Under the pieces are notes generated by a model. That model was given only the letters and a program-made list of their open reading frames with translations, searched no databases and was not told the DNA's origin. From contig CABZTG010000002.1 in assembly GCA_902528645.1 (NCBI GenBank), positions 25,282 to 89,281 of the forward strand: a stretch of 64,000 bases of DNA. The letters run 5' to 3'. Below, in pieces: positions 58,952 through 64,000 of the stretch (the stretch's first letter is position 1; each line of letters begins with the position of its first letter). Source of the DNA: an uncultured Pelagibacteraceae bacterium. Lineage in GTDB: Bacteria > Pseudomonadota > Alphaproteobacteria > Pelagibacterales > Pelagibacteraceae. The translations under genes and the position numbers were made by a program.

Positions 58952-59893
58952 ATGAAAAAAATAATAAGTTTTATTCTTGGATGTTTTGTAGCTCTTAATC
59001 TTTCAATATCTGTTGCTAATTCAGCGGCAAATGAAGTTAGAGTTGCTTACTTCTTAGAGTGGCCAAGTCCAAATCTAGAGGACATGATGAAGAAAAACTT
59101 CGCAAAAGCTCTAGGGGTTCCAGTAAAGTGGACTAACTTTACTAATGGTGGTGCTATGACTGATGCGATGTTAGCAGGAGATATTGATATTTCTTATTCT
59201 CAAGGTTTAGTTCCATTTATTAACGCTGTAAAATCTAAAGCACCTATCAAATTAGTTGATATTGCTATGGAATACGGAATGGGAGGAACAACTTGTGTTA
59301 CATCTAATGCATCTGGAATTACAAAAGCCAACGCAACTGAATTAGAAGGTAAAAAAGTTGCTGTTCCACTTGGAACAATGGCGGAATATGTTTTTGATGA
59401 AAGTATGAAAGTTGTTGGAGCAGATAGAAAAAAAATGGATATCATTCAAATGGACCCTGAAGAAGGTGCTGCTGCTTTAGTAAGCGGTGATGTTGTAATG
59501 GCATGTTTATTTGGTGGTAATTCTATTAAAGCTGCTACTGCAGTTGGATCTAGATTACTAACAGTTCAAGAAGCTAGAGATGCAGGTATCCTAGGGATTG
59601 ATATTACTTCTGTAACTACAAAGTTTATGAAGGAAAATCCAGGAATGTTGAGAACTTTCATCGAGGTAACTCATGAAGCAAATGCAAGATATAGAGCTGG
59701 AAAAAGCGATATGAATGCAATGTCAAAAGCTTCAGAAATGAAAATTCCTGACATGAAAGAAACTTTAAGTGGTTTCAAATTTCTAACTCCAGAGGAAACA
59801 AAAAGTTCTATGGAAAGTGGAAATCTTGATGCATTCCTAAAAGGAATGGGAACACCAAGAGGAAACGTAGATACAAGTTTCTTACCTTTATAA
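58952..59893 (+). CDS. tauA: Taurine-type ABC substrate-binding protein
   Basis: Signal peptide; VAYFLEWP, SQGLVPF, GKKVAVPLGT; SsuA/TauA family in context with the aminotransferase, ald and pta. Confidence 0.82.
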   Translation: MKKIISFILGCFVALNLSISVANSAANEVRVAYFLEWPSPNLEDMMKKNFAKALGVPVKWTNFTNGGAMTDAMLAGDIDISYSQGLVPFINAVKSKAPIKLVDIAMEYGMGGTTCVTSNASGITKANATELEGKKVAVPLGTMAEYVFDESMKVVGADRKKMDIIQMDPEEGAAALVSGDVVMACLFGGNSIKAATAVGSRLLTVQEARDAGILGIDITSVTTKFMKENPGMLRTFIEVTHEANARYRAGKSDMNAMSKASEMKIPDMKETLSGFKFLTPEETKSSMESGNLDAFLKGMGTPRGNVDTSFLPL

Positions 59894-59913
59894 TCTAAAG
59901 GTAATTAAAATTT

Positions 59914-59955
59914 AAATAGGCGCCAATTTTTTATTAAATTGGTGCCTATTTTTTT
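59914..59955 (+). terminator. Intercistronic terminator-like hairpin after tauA
   Basis: AAATAGGCGCCAATTT-N6-AAATTGGTGCCTATTT followed by a T-run. Confidence 0.75.
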
Positions 59956-59983
59956 ACTCTAAATTCTAATATAAAGTGGACAA

Positions 59984-60781
59984 ATGAGTGATCTAGTTTC
60001 TCAAAATCTTAATATGATTTTTAAAACTCCAAAAGGAGAAACTGTACACGCTTTAAAAGATTTAAATTTTACTCTTAAAAAAGGAGAATTGTTAACAGTT
60101 CTTGGACCATCAGGTTGTGGAAAAACAACTTTATTGAATATTACCGCAGGATTTATTCGACCAACTTCCGGAAGTATTACTTTAAATAGTAAAGAGATTG
60201 ATGGACCCGGTGTAGAGAGAGGTATGGTTTTCCAGCAAGGTGCTTTGTTTGAATGGTTAACCGTTGCTGAAAATGTCAACTTTGGATTAAGAATGAAAAA
60301 AAAAGATCCAATTGAAACTCAAAAAAAAGTTGATGAATGGTTAGAAATAGTTGGCTTAAAAGGTTTTGGTAATACCCCAACCTATCAACTTTCAGGAGGT
60401 ATGCAGCAAAGAGTTGCTCTTGCAAGATGTTTGATTAATGATCCCGATCTAATTTTAATGGATGAACCTTTAGGAGCTCTTGATGCATTAACAAGAGAAA
60501 AAATGCAATCTCTTGTTTTAAAAATTTGGAAAGAGACAGGGAAAACAATTATTTTAATTACCCACTCAGTTGAAGAAGCTTTGTTACTTGGTGAGAGATT
60601 ATATGTGATGGCACCTCGACCAGGTAGAATTCATAAAGAATATAATCTTCCATTTGCCTCAATGGGACTGAAAGAAGATCTGAGAGAGATTAAAAAAAAC
60701 AAAGATTTTTCTGCGAAACGTGAAGAAATATTAGAGATGATTTGGAATATGGAAGAAGAAATTATGGGGAAAGATAATTAA
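59984..60781 (+). CDS. tauB: Taurine-type ABC ATPase
   Basis: GPSGCGKT, LSGGMQQR, MDEPLGALD, ITH, PRPGRI. Confidence 0.9.
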   Translation: MSDLVSQNLNMIFKTPKGETVHALKDLNFTLKKGELLTVLGPSGCGKTTLLNITAGFIRPTSGSITLNSKEIDGPGVERGMVFQQGALFEWLTVAENVNFGLRMKKKDPIETQKKVDEWLEIVGLKGFGNTPTYQLSGGMQQRVALARCLINDPDLILMDEPLGALDALTREKMQSLVLKIWKETGKTIILITHSVEEALLLGERLYVMAPRPGRIHKEYNLPFASMGLKEDLREIKKNKDFSAKREEILEMIWNMEEEIMGKDN

Positions 60782-62707
60782 ATGTTAACCCAAATCGTCA
60801 CCTTTTTAATTTTTTTTGCAGTTATTGGCTGTATTCTCTATGGAAGAAGATTAATCAAAACTGAAAAGGTTGATGCCGTTTTTGGAAATCCAGAAAGAGC
60901 AAGAGGTGGTACTCACTGGATTATAGTCGGAAGTAGTTTTCTATTATTGGTATGGCTTTACTATTCTTGGGATATTGCAAAAGGTTTTTACCCAAAATCA
61001 GCTAATGAACTTTGCCAAGTGGCAAAAGTTAACGACTCTTTACTAGGTTTAAAATATCAATTTCCAATAGAGGAAAGAGAATTCAAAAGTACCGCCCAAA
61101 TAAAGAAAGAAAATAAAAATCTCAAAGCAACTTTAAATGAAATTAAGTTTTCTGAAGATCTAAGCTTGCAACAAAAAACAGAACTCACTGAGTTTATCAA
61201 CAAAACTATTCAACTAATTCCTTTATTAACCAATGAGGATTTAATTGAAAATGAGACGAAATTTAAAATAGACGACATTACTGGTAAAATTAACTTATTA
61301 ACTGAAAATTTTAGAAAACCTGAATATCCTTTTGAAACAGAACAAGAAGCCAATGAAAGACTAAAAGCAGTAAGTGAACAAGGAGATTGGGGAATTATAA
61401 AAGTTCAATCTGGAACAGGGTCCATAGAAAATACGATCGAAGTACCTTTAGTTCCGGAGACTAAAAGAGGTTTAAAATTTGATGCTGCCGCAAAAGAATT
61501 ACAAATTATTAGTGATGAATTCTTTAAGTTAAGAAACCATAATCCACAGTTTAAAAATAAAATAAAAGAGCTCAAAGATGAGATCAAAGCTTATCGAAAA
61601 AATTTAGATGATACTCAAGAAGTAGCTTCAACTTATGCTAAAGATATTGTTAAAATTGCCCGACGAATAGAATTTGCAAGTATTTATCCACCTAATGCAT
61701 TAAATGAAATGCAAAATGCAATTATCAATTTTGATGTTGCCCAAAAAGAAGCTCAAGGGGGATTGAGATTTATAGATATATTTTTATTTCCAGCTGGCAC
61801 TATTGTTGCAAGTGGGCCAAGCTGTTCGGAACAAGGATCTGGTAGATGGCTACCTAAGCCGTCAGATACATTTGATAAATTTATGCTGATGCTTAAACCG
61901 AGTGTAGGTTACAAAGAAATTCCTCTTCTCTGGATAGAACTGGTTGATGTAAGTAAAATGATTGGTTTTATTTTACCAGATTGGATTGCTGATATTCTAC
62001 CTGGTGAATACCCAGTTCATACTCAAGATGGAATTGTTAAACAAAATTTTAAAGGCCAAGTTTTAAAATTAGTAACAGGAGACTTTAAGTTATTTAAAGT
62101 GCCCGTGCCTTATGGCCATATTTGGGATTCTTTTTTAAGGGTATTTTTAGGATTAGTGTTTGGAATATTAATTGGTGTGCCACTTGGATTATTTATGGGA
62201 TTAAATAGATTTGCCAAAGGTTTCTTCGATCCGTTAATTGAGCTTTATAGACCTGTACCCCCTCTGGCTTGGGCTCCTTTAATTATTTCAGTTTTAGGAA
62301 TTGATAATACCGGGAAAGTTTTCTTATTATTTATGGTCTCATTATCAATCATGATTATTTCTGCAAGAGCTGGTGCCTCTGGTACCCAGTTGTCAAAAAT
62401 CCATGCAGCTCACTCACTTGGGGCATCTAAAAAACAAATATTGAGATATGTAATTTTTCCAAATTCTTTACCTGAAATACTTACAGGAATTAGAGTTGCT
62501 GTCGGTATGTGTTGGGGAACTTTAGTTGCAGCTGAGTTTTTAGCTGGAACAACAGGTATAGGATTTGTTGAAAACGTTGCAAAAAAATATTTTCAATACG
62601 AAGTTATTTGGATCACTATATTTATAATGGGAATGTTGGGTTTATTATTTGATGTCACTTTGAGAAAAATAATAGACAAAACAATTCCATGGCGTGGAAA
62701 AGGCTAA
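60782..62707 (+). CDS. tauC: Taurine-type ABC permease with large N-terminal periplasmic extension
   Basis: C-terminal ~200 aa has RPVPPLAW, the EAA loop IHAAHSLGAS and LVAAE; N-terminal ~440 aa has two TM segments and a soluble helical region. Confidence 0.85.
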   Translation: MLTQIVTFLIFFAVIGCILYGRRLIKTEKVDAVFGNPERARGGTHWIIVGSSFLLLVWLYYSWDIAKGFYPKSANELCQVAKVNDSLLGLKYQFPIEEREFKSTAQIKKENKNLKATLNEIKFSEDLSLQQKTELTEFINKTIQLIPLLTNEDLIENETKFKIDDITGKINLLTENFRKPEYPFETEQEANERLKAVSEQGDWGIIKVQSGTGSIENTIEVPLVPETKRGLKFDAAAKELQIISDEFFKLRNHNPQFKNKIKELKDEIKAYRKNLDDTQEVASTYAKDIVKIARRIEFASIYPPNALNEMQNAIINFDVAQKEAQGGLRFIDIFLFPAGTIVASGPSCSEQGSGRWLPKPSDTFDKFMLMLKPSVGYKEIPLLWIELVDVSKMIGFILPDWIADILPGEYPVHTQDGIVKQNFKGQVLKLVTGDFKLFKVPVPYGHIWDSFLRVFLGLVFGILIGVPLGLFMGLNRFAKGFFDPLIELYRPVPPLAWAPLIISVLGIDNTGKVFLLFMVSLSIMIISARAGASGTQLSKIHAAHSLGASKKQILRYVIFPNSLPEILTGIRVAVGMCWGTLVAAEFLAGTTGIGFVENVAKKYFQYEVIWITIFIMGMLGLLFDVTLRKIIDKTIPWRGKG

Positions 62708-63713
62708 TTTGAAAACAGAAAATCTTAAAAAAGAAGTCATTAAAATTTTTAAAAATCACGGATTAAGTAATGCCCATGCTATTATTTCAGCTAATGCATT
62801 GATTAATGCTGAGTTAGTTGGTGCTTATGGCCATGGTCTTTCTAGATTAAGAATGTATTGTGAAAGAATATCTAAAAAAGTTATCAATCCAAAACCTAAA
62901 ATAAAAGTAAAAAAGATATCTCAATCGATTACTCATATTGATGCTGATAATAGTATTGGCTTCGTTGCAGCAGACCTTGCAATTAAAAAGGCAATCGAAT
63001 GTGCTAAAAAAACAGGTATCGGTTTAGTGGCAGTTAAAAATAGTGGTCACTATGGATTATCTGGTTACTACGCTGAACAGGCAGTTAAAAAAAATTTAAT
63101 CACTATGATTTATACTAATGCTCCACCTGCAATTGCTCCTTATGGTGCTAAGAAAAGTTTGTTTGGAACAAATCCTATATGTTTTGGTTCTCCAACCGGA
63201 GCAAGAGTACCTTTTATATTAGATACAGCTATTGCAAAAATTAATAGAGGAAAAATTAGATTTGCAGCTAGAAATAATCAAAAAATACCAAAAGGTGTTG
63301 CATTAGATAAATTTGGCAAACCAACGACAGATGCAAAAAAAGCCCTTTATGGAGTTCAATTACCGATAGCAGGTTTTAGAGGTTCAGGTTTAGCGTGGAT
63401 GGTGGATATTCTAAGTGGAGTTTTAACTGGTGGAAATCATGCAGGTAAAGTTAAGGATCCTTTTGATGATTTTTCAGGTCCACAAAATATTGGACATTTA
63501 TTTATCACATTTAAAACAAACTTATTTGTCAAAAATTATACTTCAAGAATTAAGAATAATATTAAAACAATTAAAAAATTGCCTAAGATAAAAGGAGTAA
63601 AAGAAATAATGTATCCTGGTCAAAATAAAGATAAAAGGTTTAGAATGAACCTAAAAAAAGAAATTAAATTGTCAAAAATTATTCAAAAAGATTTAGTAGA
63701 TTTAAAAAATTAA
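62694..63713 (+). CDS. Ldh_2 family oxidoreductase (ComC/AllD/type 2 malate-lactate dehydrogenase)
   Basis: GHGLSRL, NSGHYG, GTNPI, LDTA, GSGLA, YPG; start uncertain. Confidence 0.88.
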   Translation: MEKANLKTENLKKEVIKIFKNHGLSNAHAIISANALINAELVGAYGHGLSRLRMYCERISKKVINPKPKIKVKKISQSITHIDADNSIGFVAADLAIKKAIECAKKTGIGLVAVKNSGHYGLSGYYAEQAVKKNLITMIYTNAPPAIAPYGAKKSLFGTNPICFGSPTGARVPFILDTAIAKINRGKIRFAARNNQKIPKGVALDKFGKPTTDAKKALYGVQLPIAGFRGSGLAWMVDILSGVLTGGNHAGKVKDPFDDFSGPQNIGHLFITFKTNLFVKNYTSRIKNNIKTIKKLPKIKGVKEIMYPGQNKDKRFRMNLKKEIKLSKIIQKDLVDLKN

Positions 63714-63714
63714 C

Positions 63715-64000
63715 ATGCTTTCCAATAAAGAAATTATTTGTCCTGATAACTTACTTAATGTTGCTCATAAAAAGAAAGGTGTTAAAGCAGGAATTGTTAA
63801 TGCCGGAAAACCTTTGCCCATGCAGTCAGTACAAGATGCTGTTAAAGAAAATCTAATTGAACCAATTTTTATTGGTGATGAAAAAGAAATTAATAAGTGC
63901 GCACAGGATCTTAAATGGGATATCTCTAATTATGAGATAATACATGAGCCTGTTGAAAATAATACAGCCACCATTGCTGCAAAACTCGCAAGCGAACAAA
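63715..64000 (+). CDS. pta: Phosphate acetyl/butyryltransferase (3'-truncated by window edge)
   Basis: Own translation MLSNKEIICPDNLL...ENLIEPIFIGDEKEI...AAKLAS resembles the N-terminus of short Pta/Ptb enzymes; absent from the ORF track because it has no stop codon. Confidence 0.7.
   Translation, partial: MLSNKEIICPDNLLNVAHKKKGVKAGIVNAGKPLPMQSVQDAVKENLIEPIFIGDEKEINKCAQDLKWDISNYEIIHEPVENNTATIAAKLASEQ

Noticed and set aside
41-61587. Many 60-185-aa ORFs antisense or out of frame within long genes (for example 41-325, 4596-4856, 24001-24438, 36191-36472, 60001-60279)
   Set aside because: They lie inside well-supported genes and have no motifs; these are shadow ORFs.

Overview
AT-rich, extremely gene-dense alphaproteobacterial chromosome segment. 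Gene content, tiny intergenic spacers and transporter repertoire point to Candidatus Pelagibacter (SAR11); this assignment is an inference. The window holds about 65 CDS and one tRNA-Met, with no integrase, transposase, prophage or CRISPR array. Housekeeping genes (purL, bolA, grxD, rpsD, cysS, nadE, glmS, nrdAB, rpoZ) are interleaved with nutrient modules: a prpDBC methylcitrate operon, TRAP, TTT and two ABC transporters, an mtnP-mtnA-ald2-speD/speE cluster, and a taurine-type cluster. Best candidates for undescribed biology: (1) a 216-aa miniature GNAT protein that keeps both malonyl-CoA decarboxylase catalytic motifs and ends a minus-strand run starting with a malonate-type TRAP transporter, divergent from a YfdE/UctC-like CoA-transferase; (2) a tandem winged-helix regulator with a perfect 15-bp direct-repeat operator, facing two paralogous tail-anchored microproteins next to tRNA-Met; (3) a two-hairpin orphan sRNA candidate at about 22.13-22.22 kb; (4) a TauC permease with a ~400-aa periplasmic extension; (5) a GlmU lacking its uridyltransferase half. 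All family calls come from motif recognition by eye; no database searches were run.
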